Origin: a bacterium
Lineage (GTDB): Bacteria > UBA8248
Length of the DNA: 64,000 nt
NCBI GenBank assembly: GCA_965203325.1
Contig: OZ241875.1
Location: 160,001-224,000, forward strand
Direction: 5' to 3'
In this document: piece by piece, positions 56,281-64,000 of the stretch
Layout of the letters: each line of letters begins with the position of its first letter
Numbering within the stretch: the stretch's first letter is position 1
Notes under the pieces: model-generated
Told to the model about the DNA's origin: nothing
What the model saw: only the letters and a program-made list of their open reading frames with translations
The model's database searches: none
Translations under genes and position numbers: made by a program

Positions 56281-56340
56281 TCAAAGACCAATTCCGCACC
56301 CGTGATATCCGAGCACGAAAGACGTCGCAAGACGGTGCAA
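56281..56340 (-). pseudogene. Truncated N-terminus of a putative ADP-ribosyltransferase-fold toxin
   Basis: TTG-MHRLATSFVLGYHGC, then a stop; starts 3 nt after the small upstream ORF. Confidence 0.5.
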
Positions 56341-56343
56341 TTT

Positions 56344-56547
56344 CTACCTGTATCGTTTGGCGATGCGTCCGGTTGGTGTGTAGATCCCCAGCTTTTGCAA
56401 GGCTTTTTGTGCGGTTTCCTTCGTTTTCGTGACTTTCTTGAGATATGCCTCGCACGCCTTCTCGAATCTATCCGCGTCGGCGTGATTCAAAATTCCCGAA
56501 CGATACACGATCACTTTTTGTTCCGTCTTTTTCTTTTTCTTTCCCAT
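56344..56547 (-). CDS. Small basic hypothetical protein (putative antitoxin-like partner)
   Basis: 67 aa, low GC, C-terminal ETAQKALQKLGIYTPTGRIAKRY. Confidence 0.6.
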   Translation of the reverse strand: MGKKKKKTEQKVIVYRSGILNHADADRFEKACEAYLKKVTKTKETAQKALQKLGIYTPTGRIAKRYR

Positions 56548-56706
56548 TCCGTCACCATTTCTTTCTTTGAGGTGAATACGCCAAGGCGGAAAGCAACCGT
56601 CCAGCATCCATTCGCGAGTCTCGATAGCTTTATTAAACCATTCGTTCAATTATCGAGGTTATACCCTATCTCGCAGCTTGTCAATTTTCATCTTGCCTGA
56701 ATCTTC

Positions 56707-57744
56707 CTACATCCACGAGAGCGGTGTCGCCTTGTCCCCCCGGAGTCTTCGGGCGGCGTCTTTGGCGAAATAAGTGAGGATGATGTCCGCCCCCGCGCGG
56801 CGGATGGAGGTGAGGGTTTCCATGAACGCGCGCTCGGGGTCGAGCCAACCGTTCCGGCACGCCGCGACCAGCATGGCGAACTCGCCCGAGACGTTGTAGG
56901 CCGCAACGGGCAGGTCCGTAATCTCGCGCGCCCTGGCGATTACGTCGAGATAGACGAGTGCGGGCTTCACCATCACGATGTCCGCCCCCTCCTCGATGTC
57001 GATCCTTATCTCGCGCATCGCCTCGCGCGCGTTGGCCGGGTCCATCTGGTAGGAACTCCTGTCGCCGAAGGCGGGCGCGCTCTCCGCCGCCTCGCGGAAG
57101 GGCCCGTAGAAGGCGCTCGCGAATTTCGACGAATAGGCCATGATGGGCGTCTGGGCGAAACCGCCTGCGTCCAGGGCCGCGCGAATCGTGCCGACCCGCC
57201 CATCCATCATGTCCGACGGGGCGATGATGTCCGCTCCCGCCTCCGCGTGGCTCACCGCCGTCCTGTCGAGGAGTTCGAGCGTGGGGTCGTTCAGAACCTT
57301 CTCGCCCTCGATGATGCCACAATGGCCGTGGTCCATGTATTCACACAGACACACGTCCGTGACGACGCAAAGATCGGGATAGGCCTCCTTCAAGGCGCGC
57401 ACGGCGTTCTGCACGACGCCCTCTTCCGCGTAGGCTTCGCTGGCCACGTCGTCCTTGTGATCCGGAATGCCGAACAAGATGACGCCGGGGATATCCAGAG
57501 CGACGATTTCCTCACAATCAGCCACCAGGCGGTCGATGGAAAGCTGGTATTGACCGGGCATCGAGGAAATTTCCTCTTTGATGTTCTCGCCCTCGACCAC
57601 GAACATCGGGTATATCAGGTTGTCCACGGAGAGATTCGTCTCGCGCACCATGCGCCGCATGGCGGCCGTCTCCCGCGTGCGTCTCGTGCGGTTTTTTACG
57701 TCGCTCCCGGTTGCCGAGAGGGTGAAGGTATCGTTGCTCGTCAT
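56707..57744 (-). CDS. hemB: Porphobilinogen synthase (Zn-type)
   Basis: [43 protein letters not shown]. Confidence 0.97.
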   Translation of the reverse strand: MTSNDTFTLSATGSDVKNRTRRTRETAAMRRMVRETNLSVDNLIYPMFVVEGENIKEEISSMPGQYQLSIDRLVADCEEIVALDIPGVILFGIPDHKDDVASEAYAEEGVVQNAVRALKEAYPDLCVVTDVCLCEYMDHGHCGIIEGEKVLNDPTLELLDRTAVSHAEAGADIIAPSDMMDGRVGTIRAALDAGGFAQTPIMAYSSKFASAFYGPFREAAESAPAFGDRSSYQMDPANAREAMREIRIDIEEGADIVMVKPALVYLDVIARAREITDLPVAAYNVSGEFAMLVAACRNGWLDPERAFMETLTSIRRAGADIILTYFAKDAARRLRGDKATPLSWM

Positions 57745-57761
57745 CGGGTTCTACTCCCTAT

Positions 57762-58601
57762 TCATGAGGCCTGTTCGCCTCGCTCCGGTTTTCCGTAATA
57801 AGAGACGATGGCCCTCGCCATGCCGGGAATCGTCGACTCGGCGGCCTCCACGTCCGGCTCGACGCCCCACCTGCGCGCCGTGGCTGTGGTCACAGGCCCG
57901 ATGGAGGCCACGCGCACGCGCTGTATCCATCGCCTCGCGTTTTCTTCTCCCGCCGCTCGCATGAAGCCATCGAGCGCGGAGGAACTCGTGAAGGTAAGCA
58001 TATCAATTTTTCCCGCTTCTAGCTCTCCCCATACCTCGCGCAGCGCCTCGCGCCCCAAAGGCGTCGTCCGGTAGACGGCCACGTCATCCACGACGGCCCC
58101 CATTTTCAGAAGCGCCTTGGGGATGGCGTCTCTCCCTTCTTTCGCGCGGGCCAGCAAAACGCGCTCACCAGTCATGTCCTCGCCCTTGAAGAGATCGACG
58201 ACGCCCTCGGCCACATATTTTCCGGCCACTTTTTGGGGCGTCCTTCCCAGATATTTCTCCACCGCAGCGGCCGTGGCGGGTCCGACGGCCAGAACCGTAG
58301 TTTCCGTGGGAATCGCCTCGGGAAGAACTCCCAAACTTCTGAGCCTTTTTGCCAAAAATTTCGGCCCGTTCGCGCTCGTGAAGATCATCCATTGATACGC
58401 ATCCAGCGCGCTGACCGCCGCATCGGCGGGCGCCCAATCTTGAGGAGCCGCTATCCGTATCATGGGCGCGAGACGCACGCAGGCGCCCAAGTCCGCCAGC
58501 ATCCCGCCCATGCGCGAGGCCCCCTCCTCGGGGCGCGTGACGAGGATTGTCTTGCCCGCAAGGGGATGCGCTTTCAAACCCGGTTGCTCGGCTTCACTCA
58601 T
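57762..58601 (-). CDS. hemD: Uroporphyrinogen-III synthase
   Basis: ILVTRP, FTSAN, AVGPAT, VYRT, FTSSS, SIGPVT. Confidence 0.93.
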   Translation of the reverse strand: MSEAEQPGLKAHPLAGKTILVTRPEEGASRMGGMLADLGACVRLAPMIRIAAPQDWAPADAAVSALDAYQWMIFTSANGPKFLAKRLRSLGVLPEAIPTETTVLAVGPATAAAVEKYLGRTPQKVAGKYVAEGVVDLFKGEDMTGERVLLARAKEGRDAIPKALLKMGAVVDDVAVYRTTPLGREALREVWGELEAGKIDMLTFTSSSALDGFMRAAGEENARRWIQRVRVASIGPVTTATARRWGVEPDVEAAESTIPGMARAIVSYYGKPERGEQAS

Positions 58602-59518
58602 CGCGCATCCCTCAAAATCTCCGCCCCGCCGCTTGCGAGAACATCTTCGGCCAAGTCTTCGGCCATACGCGCCGCGGCCTCGGGTGCACCGGTTCGTTCC
58701 TTCTCCACCATCCGCTCCCCGTCGACGCTCGCGAGGCGGGCTTTGATGCAGAACCCGTTCTTTCTGTTCTCCGCGAAGACGGCCAATGGCAACTGGCATC
58801 CTCCCTCCAGGCGCGCCATTACGACGCGCTCGGCCATCACGGCCCGTTTCGTCTCCGGGTGCTCCAGCCCTGCAACGAGCCGGCGTGTGGCCGCGTCATC
58901 CTCCCTCGTCTCGATGGCGAGCGCGCCCTGCCCGGCGGCGGGCAGCATGAGCTCGGGCGCGAGCGACTCCGTCGCCCGCTCCTCGAGTCCCAGGCGTTTC
59001 AAGCCCGCCAGGGCGAGGACAGCGGCTTCGACCTCGCCCGCCGCCACTTTTTCGAGGCGCGTATCCACGTTTCCGCGCAACTCCACGATTTCCAGCTCGC
59101 TCCGGTAGCGCCTTATCTGCGCGATACGCCTCAGGCTGCTCGTGCCGATTCTGCTGCCGGGCGCGAGGCCGCGAATCGACTCCCCGCCCCGCGAGACAAT
59201 AGCGTCCCAGGGTTCCTCCCTCTCGGGTATCGCGGCGAGGATGAGGCCTTCCGGCATTTCGCTCGGCAGGTCTTTCAAGCTATGGACGGCGGCGTCGATT
59301 TCGCCATGCAACAGGGCATCCTCGATCTCTTTCACGAAAAGGCCCTTTCCGCCCAATTCATGAATCGGGGAGCCGAGCATGGCGTCCCCCCGCGTGCGGA
59401 CGATAATTTCCTCGGCGCCGAGGCCCGGATTCAATTCCTTCAACCGCTCGGCCACCCCCGCCGTCTGCGCGCGCGCCAGCGCGCTGCCCCGGGAGCCTAA
59501 GCGCAGCCTGTCGCTCAT
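58598..59518 (-). CDS. hemC: Hydroxymethylbilane synthase
   Basis: GSRGSALA, GKGLFVKE, VHSLKD, GTSSLRR, RGNVDTRL, GGCQLP. Confidence 0.97.
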   Translation of the reverse strand: MSDRLRLGSRGSALARAQTAGVAERLKELNPGLGAEEIIVRTRGDAMLGSPIHELGGKGLFVKEIEDALLHGEIDAAVHSLKDLPSEMPEGLILAAIPEREEPWDAIVSRGGESIRGLAPGSRIGTSSLRRIAQIRRYRSELEIVELRGNVDTRLEKVAAGEVEAAVLALAGLKRLGLEERATESLAPELMLPAAGQGALAIETREDDAATRRLVAGLEHPETKRAVMAERVVMARLEGGCQLPLAVFAENRKNGFCIKARLASVDGERMVEKERTGAPEAAARMAEDLAEDVLASGGAEILRDAR

Positions 59519-59520
59519 TT

Positions 59521-60831
59521 TCAGTCCCGGTCTTCCGTCGATGCTTCGGGGAGACCTTCATCGCTCTCTGGCTCCACGCCGAAGAGTTTCTGGACGGATT
59601 CGACCGAAATGCCCTCCACGTCTTCTTCCGACATCCGGCGCAGGACGGCGAAGGGGTGGTGGAGGAGTTTGTTGACGAGCGCCTTCGTCATGGCGTCGAG
59701 CGCATCGCGGCCCTCTTCGCCCAGTTCAGGCAGGCGGGAAAAAGTTTTTTGGACTTCCTCCTGCCGCATCGACTCCGCGAAAAAGCGTATGGCCGCGAAG
59801 GTGTGCCTGAGTTCCTCCGCCTGCTGCCGGGCGAGATAGGTCTGCACCTCGCTTTCGAGAATTTCGCGCGCGTCGCGGGCGATTTCCTCGCGGCCCCGCA
59901 GGTTGTCCGCCGCGACGGACTGCAGATCGTCCACGTCGTAGAGATAGGCGTCTTCCAGGTCGTTCACGTCGGGCGCGACGTTCCTGGGCACAGCGATGTC
60001 GATGAGGAAAACGGGCGCGTCGCGGCGTTGTTCGAGTGCAGAGGCGACTATCGGCTTGTCCAGTATGAAACCTTGTGCGGCCGTCGATGCGATGACGATA
60101 TCGGCGTCGATGAGCGCCCCTTCCAGATTGTCGAAGCTCACCGTGCTTCCTTTGAGTTTTGCGGCCAGTTCCTGGGCGCGCGCGAGCGTTCTGTTCGCCA
60201 CGTGGAGATTGTCGGCCCCGCTCGCCTTGAGATGCCGCGCCGCCGCCTCACCCATCTCCCCCGCCCCGAGCAGGAGCACGTTCTTGCCCGCCAGGGAGCC
60301 GAAAATTCTTTTCGCGAGATCCACGGCGACCGAACTCACCGACACGGGCGACTCGCCGATGGGAGTTTGTTCACGAATCTTCTTCGCCACGCGAAACGCG
60401 CGGGAGAAGAGGTTCGTGAGCGCCTTTCCGGCGTGGCCCGAGGCCTGGGCGACCCGGTAGGCCTCTTTCACCTGCCCCAGAATCTGCGGCTCGCCCACCA
60501 CCATGGAATCGAGGCTCGACGCCACGGTGAACAGGTGCCGGGTGGCCTCGGCCTCGCGGTGAACGTAGAGGTGCGCGTTCAGTTCATCGGCGCCGATGTC
60601 GCGCGATTCCAGGAAAAAGCGGTGAATCGCGTCGAGTCCCTGCTCGAAATCCTCGGCCGCGCTGTAGACTTCCACCCGGTTGCAGGTCGAGAGGATGATG
60701 CGTTCATCCAGCCCGCTGTAGCCCGCCAGCCGGTCGAGCCACTCGTCCATGTGGGTTTCGGGGAAATAGAGGCGCTCGCGAATGCTGAGCGGCGTGTTAT
60801 GGTGGCTCACGCCGGCGAGAATGATGGACAT
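59521..60831 (-). CDS. hemA: Glutamyl-tRNA reductase
   Basis: LSTCNRVE, SLDSMVVGEPQILGQ, GAGEMG, DIAVPRN. Confidence 0.97.
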   Translation of the reverse strand: MSIILAGVSHHNTPLSIRERLYFPETHMDEWLDRLAGYSGLDERIILSTCNRVEVYSAAEDFEQGLDAIHRFFLESRDIGADELNAHLYVHREAEATRHLFTVASSLDSMVVGEPQILGQVKEAYRVAQASGHAGKALTNLFSRAFRVAKKIREQTPIGESPVSVSSVAVDLAKRIFGSLAGKNVLLLGAGEMGEAAARHLKASGADNLHVANRTLARAQELAAKLKGSTVSFDNLEGALIDADIVIASTAAQGFILDKPIVASALEQRRDAPVFLIDIAVPRNVAPDVNDLEDAYLYDVDDLQSVAADNLRGREEIARDAREILESEVQTYLARQQAEELRHTFAAIRFFAESMRQEEVQKTFSRLPELGEEGRDALDAMTKALVNKLLHHPFAVLRRMSEEDVEGISVESVQKLFGVEPESDEGLPEASTEDRD

Positions 60832-60843
60832 TTTCCCGCTCCC

Positions 60844-61611
60844 CTAGAAGTGGGCCACCAGCGCGAACAGCGCGGCGAAGAAGGCCACCATCGAGAAAAC
60901 GGCGGAGCGCTTTCCCTTCCAGCTTCTGGTGAGCCGGCAGACGAGCAGGAGGCCGTACGCCCCCCAGATGAGTATGAGCGGCCAGGTGCGCACCGGGTCG
61001 AGGCTCCAGTAGGCCCCGTGGCGCGATTTCGCCCACATCGAGCCGAGCAGCAGGCTCGCCGTCAGAAACGCGAAGCCGAAATAGAGAATCTTGTGGTTCA
61101 AATCGTCCAGAATATCGAGCGAGGGCAGCCGGTGCAGCCAGGCGCTGGGGCGTCTTGATTTCAGTTGCTGGGACTGCACGAGATACATGAGCGCAGAGGC
61201 GAAGAGCAGAAAAAACGCGGCCCAGCTCAACAGCGCGAGCACGGCGTGGCCTTTCAAGAGATAGCCCTGCACGGCGACCGAGCCCGCGCCCCACACGCCC
61301 GGAAATGCGGCGGCGTAGCCCTCGAGAATGAAGGCCGCGGGCACGGCGAAACCGCCCAGGGCGATGTCGCGGTAGCGCGCGTAGACGACCAGGTACATCA
61401 GGATGATCACCCACGCCATGCCGCTCAGCCATGCCCCCCAGCCCTCCGGCGTGCCGGAGGCGAAGCTCACTCCCAGCATGAGGGTGTGAAGGGCGAACCC
61501 GATGAGCAGCGCACCGACCCCGTAAACCACGCCCGCGGACCTGCCCGTGAAGAGCAGGTACAGGTGCGTGAGCGCAGAGGCGAGATAGCAGACGATCAAT
61601 ATGGCGACCAA
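60844..61611 (-). CDS. ccsA: Cytochrome c assembly protein (CcsA/HemX-like)
   Basis: Multi-TM; LKSRR...LPSLD, GSMWA...WSLDP; position upstream of hemA. Confidence 0.82.
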   Translation of the reverse strand: MVAILIVCYLASALTHLYLLFTGRSAGVVYGVGALLIGFALHTLMLGVSFASGTPEGWGAWLSGMAWVIILMYLVVYARYRDIALGGFAVPAAFILEGYAAAFPGVWGAGSVAVQGYLLKGHAVLALLSWAAFFLLFASALMYLVQSQQLKSRRPSAWLHRLPSLDILDDLNHKILYFGFAFLTASLLLGSMWAKSRHGAYWSLDPVRTWPLILIWGAYGLLLVCRLTRSWKGKRSAVFSMVAFFAALFALVAHF

Positions 61612-61861
61612 GGGATTTTCCCTCTCAGCGCAAGAGAATACCTTGCGTTTGTGAGACAGCCTTTTCCCTTCTCATCTGCAGGAAAGGGCGAACAAGGTCA
61701 TTTAGACCACCATTTCGGGCATTTTGCAATAATCCGGTACGCCGCCCGGTCGTGCGATGCGGATTCTGCTCCTTTCATGTTGGCTTGAGGCGCCATTCCC
61801 ACTATACTCCACGCATCAAGCCCGTCCGCCCGCAATCTCATCCCGGGAGGGGCAGCAGACC

Positions 61862-62797
61862 GTGATACCGCTCCCCAGGATCGACCCGCCCCTGATTAAC
61901 GCCAGCGGCATCCTGAGCTACCCGGAAGTGTTCACCGCTTTCGAGAGCGCGGGCGCTTGCCTGGGCGGCTACGTCACGAAATCCGTCGGCCCCCGCGAGA
62001 AACCCGGCAACGACAATCCCGTGGTCGTATACCCTCCCGAGGGCGCGGTGCTCAACTCCCTCGCCCTGCCGACGCAAAGCGCCGAAGACTGGGAACGCGA
62101 CCTGGAGGAAATAAGGCTCAAAAACGCAAAGCTCATCGTCTCCGTCTACGGGGGAGACTCGCGGGAGTTCGCCGAGGTCACGGGCCGGATGTCGCGGTTC
62201 TCAGACGCCATCGAGGTGAACTTGGGCTGTCCCAACAAGGAGCCGGGCGAGCAGACCATCATGGAGAGCATCGGCCAGAACCCCGCCCTCTCCGCCGAGG
62301 TGATCGAGCGCGTGCGCGGTGAGACGGACAAGCCCGTCATCGCCAAGCTATCACCCAACAGCGACTACCTCGCCGTGGCGGATTCGTGCATGAACGCGGG
62401 CGCGGACGCTCTTGGATGCGGAAACACGCTGGGGCCTGGCTTGGCCGTGGACATCCAGAGCCGGGCGGCGATTCTCGCGGGCACGACGGGCGGCATCAGC
62501 GGCCCCGCGCTCAAGCCCGTCAACCTGCGTATGACGTATGAGGCATACGCGCGCTTTCGCTGCCCCATCGTCGCTTACGGGGGAATCGAGACCTGGGAGG
62601 ACGCCGTGGAATACATCCTCGCAGGGGCAAGCATCCTGGGAATCGGCACCGCCTTCATGCGAAAGAGCACGCAAGAGGCCGCAACGCTCACCCGGGACAT
62701 CTGGGAGGGGGTTCAGGAATATCTGGACGGCGAGCCCATGTCCGCGCTCATCGGCGCGGCGCATCGTACGGCGGAGGGAGGCAATTCCGGTGCGTAG
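61862..62797 (+). CDS. pyrD: Dihydroorotate dehydrogenase family 1, catalytic subunit
   Basis: NASG, TKS, NLGCPN, AKLSPN, GGISG, GGI; GTG start. Confidence 0.88.
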   Translation: MIPLPRIDPPLINASGILSYPEVFTAFESAGACLGGYVTKSVGPREKPGNDNPVVVYPPEGAVLNSLALPTQSAEDWERDLEEIRLKNAKLIVSVYGGDSREFAEVTGRMSRFSDAIEVNLGCPNKEPGEQTIMESIGQNPALSAEVIERVRGETDKPVIAKLSPNSDYLAVADSCMNAGADALGCGNTLGPGLAVDIQSRAAILAGTTGGISGPALKPVNLRMTYEAYARFRCPIVAYGGIETWEDAVEYILAGASILGIGTAFMRKSTQEAATLTRDIWEGVQEYLDGEPMSALIGAAHRTAEGGNSGA

Positions 62798-63515
62798 CGT
62801 TTACGCGGTCATTGAAAACCGCCAAGAAAGCGAGTGGACGCACACGATCTTCTTCGACGAGGAAATTGAATCACAGCCCGGACAGTTCATGATGGTCTGG
62901 CTGCCGCGCCTGGGAGAAAAGCCCTTCACCCTCTCCTACCCCAACGCCGTCACCGTGAAAAAAGCGGGCGCGTTTACCGAACAACTGGCCGAAGTAAAAC
63001 CTGGAGACGAAATCGGGCTTCGCGGCCCCCTGGGCCAGGGCTACCCTGCCCTAAAGAGACCCGCTCTCATCGGCGGCGGCGTGGGGATTGCGGAACTGAG
63101 GCTCCTGGCCCTCGCCTCAGAGGAGCCTTCCTTCGTCCTCGGCGGGCGCACGGCGGACGAGATTCTCTTCTATGAGGAATTCAGGGAACTCGGCCCCGTC
63201 CACGTCGCCACCGAAGACGGCGCCCTGGGACACAAGGGGCTGGTGACCGAACTTCTGCCCGTCGAGGCGGAGAGCTACGCCGTCTGCGGACCGGAGCGAA
63301 TGATGGCCGCGTGCCTGCCGAAACTGCCCGCCGAGCGGACGTATTTCGCGGTCGAAAGGTACATGAAATGCGCCGTCGGCCTTTGCGGCCAATGCACCTG
63401 TTCGGGCTGGCGCGTCTGCACGGACGGCCCCATATTCCCCGCTTCCACCGTTGCGCAAATGGATGATTTCGGAAAGCGCAGACGTTCCAAGAGCGGGAGG
63501 TGGGAATCAATTTAG
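62790..63515 (+). CDS. pyrK: Dihydroorotate dehydrogenase electron transfer subunit
   Basis: PGQFMMVW, RGPLG, GGGVG, CGP, ERYMKCAVGLCGQC...VCTDGP; GTG start. Confidence 0.92.
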   Translation: MRSVYAVIENRQESEWTHTIFFDEEIESQPGQFMMVWLPRLGEKPFTLSYPNAVTVKKAGAFTEQLAEVKPGDEIGLRGPLGQGYPALKRPALIGGGVGIAELRLLALASEEPSFVLGGRTADEILFYEEFRELGPVHVATEDGALGHKGLVTELLPVEAESYAVCGPERMMAACLPKLPAERTYFAVERYMKCAVGLCGQCTCSGWRVCTDGPIFPASTVAQMDDFGKRRRSKSGRWESI

Positions 63516-63527
63516 AAAAATAACATC

Positions 63528-63557
63528 TTCCCAAGACGATTCGCCTGTGCCTATAAT
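63528..63557 (+). promoter_or_regulatory. Putative sigma70 promoter
   Basis: TTCCCA, 18-bp spacer, perfect TATAAT (63552-57). Confidence 0.5.
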
Positions 63558-63612
63558 CGGGCGGCGAGCAGGAGATTTTTACCTTCACGAGGTTCAGGGC
63601 GGAGGAGAGGCC

Positions 63613-64000
63613 ATCCAATTCCGTGTGCTGGGCTGCGCGGGCGGTAAAGCGCCCGGATGTCATCTGACGTCTTTCCTCATCAACGAAGAGTTGCTGCTGG
63701 AAGGCGGTTCGGCCGCCTCGGGCCTCACCATTGAGGAACAAGCCCGGCTCAGCGGCGTCGTGGTCTCCCACGCGCATCTGGACCACATCGCGGAACTGCC
63801 CTACCTCGCCGACAACATCTTCGGCCTGCGGGAGGATTCGCTCAAGGTCATCGGCGCGCGCGACGTTCTGGAGCAGATTCAAGAATCCATCTTCAACAAC
63901 GCCGTCTGGCCGAATTTTTGCGAGATATGCCACGAAGATACGCCGATACTCGATTTCTCCGCCATCGAGGAGATGGAAACCCGCTCCCTGGGCGGAATCC
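63613..64000 (+). CDS. Class II 3',5'-cyclic nucleotide phosphodiesterase (MBL fold), runs off the window; probable ATC start
   Basis: (I)QFRVLGCAGG...TSFLIN...SHAHLDHI...IFNNAVWPNF; GGAGG SD 7 nt before ATC; absent from the ORF track. Confidence 0.85.
   Translation, partial: MQFRVLGCAGGKAPGCHLTSFLINEELLLEGGSAASGLTIEEQARLSGVVVSHAHLDHIAELPYLADNIFGLREDSLKVIGARDVLEQIQESIFNNAVWPNFCEICHEDTPILDFSAIEEMETRSLGGI

Overview
GC-rich (roughly 60% by eye) bacterial chromosomal window, densely coding, with mostly metabolic genes. Main clusters: (i) a FadR/GntR-regulated three-subunit 2-oxoacid:ferredoxin oxidoreductase that looks like oxalate oxidoreductase (OOR) but has an altered active site; (ii) glnE, and separately a GlnR-like regulator next to glnA; (iii) pckA; (iv) a NitT/TauT ABC transporter; (v) an mtaB-DUF62-DsbA-DmpA-MFS-RidA operon; (vi) coxM-S-D-E with no coxL; (vii) acyl-CoA enzymes (meaB, acyl-CoA dehydrogenase, crotonase, thiolase); (viii) ccsA-hemACDB; (ix) pyrD-pyrK; and tRNA-Gly(GCC). 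Features the ORF track misses: a probable selenoprotein (DsbA/FrnE-type, in-frame UGA giving U-P-W-C, followed by a SECIS-like hairpin), two genes that seem to start at non-canonical codons (CTG, ATC), three ~1 kb cargo islets (two with toxin-antitoxin pairs, one with a lipoprotein) each bracketed by an imperfect direct repeat, and two composite MITE-like elements whose similar terminal inverted repeats enclose REP-like palindromes. No CRISPR array, rRNA or intact transposase/integrase was seen. All family assignments come from motif recognition and recalled reference sequences; no database searches were run.
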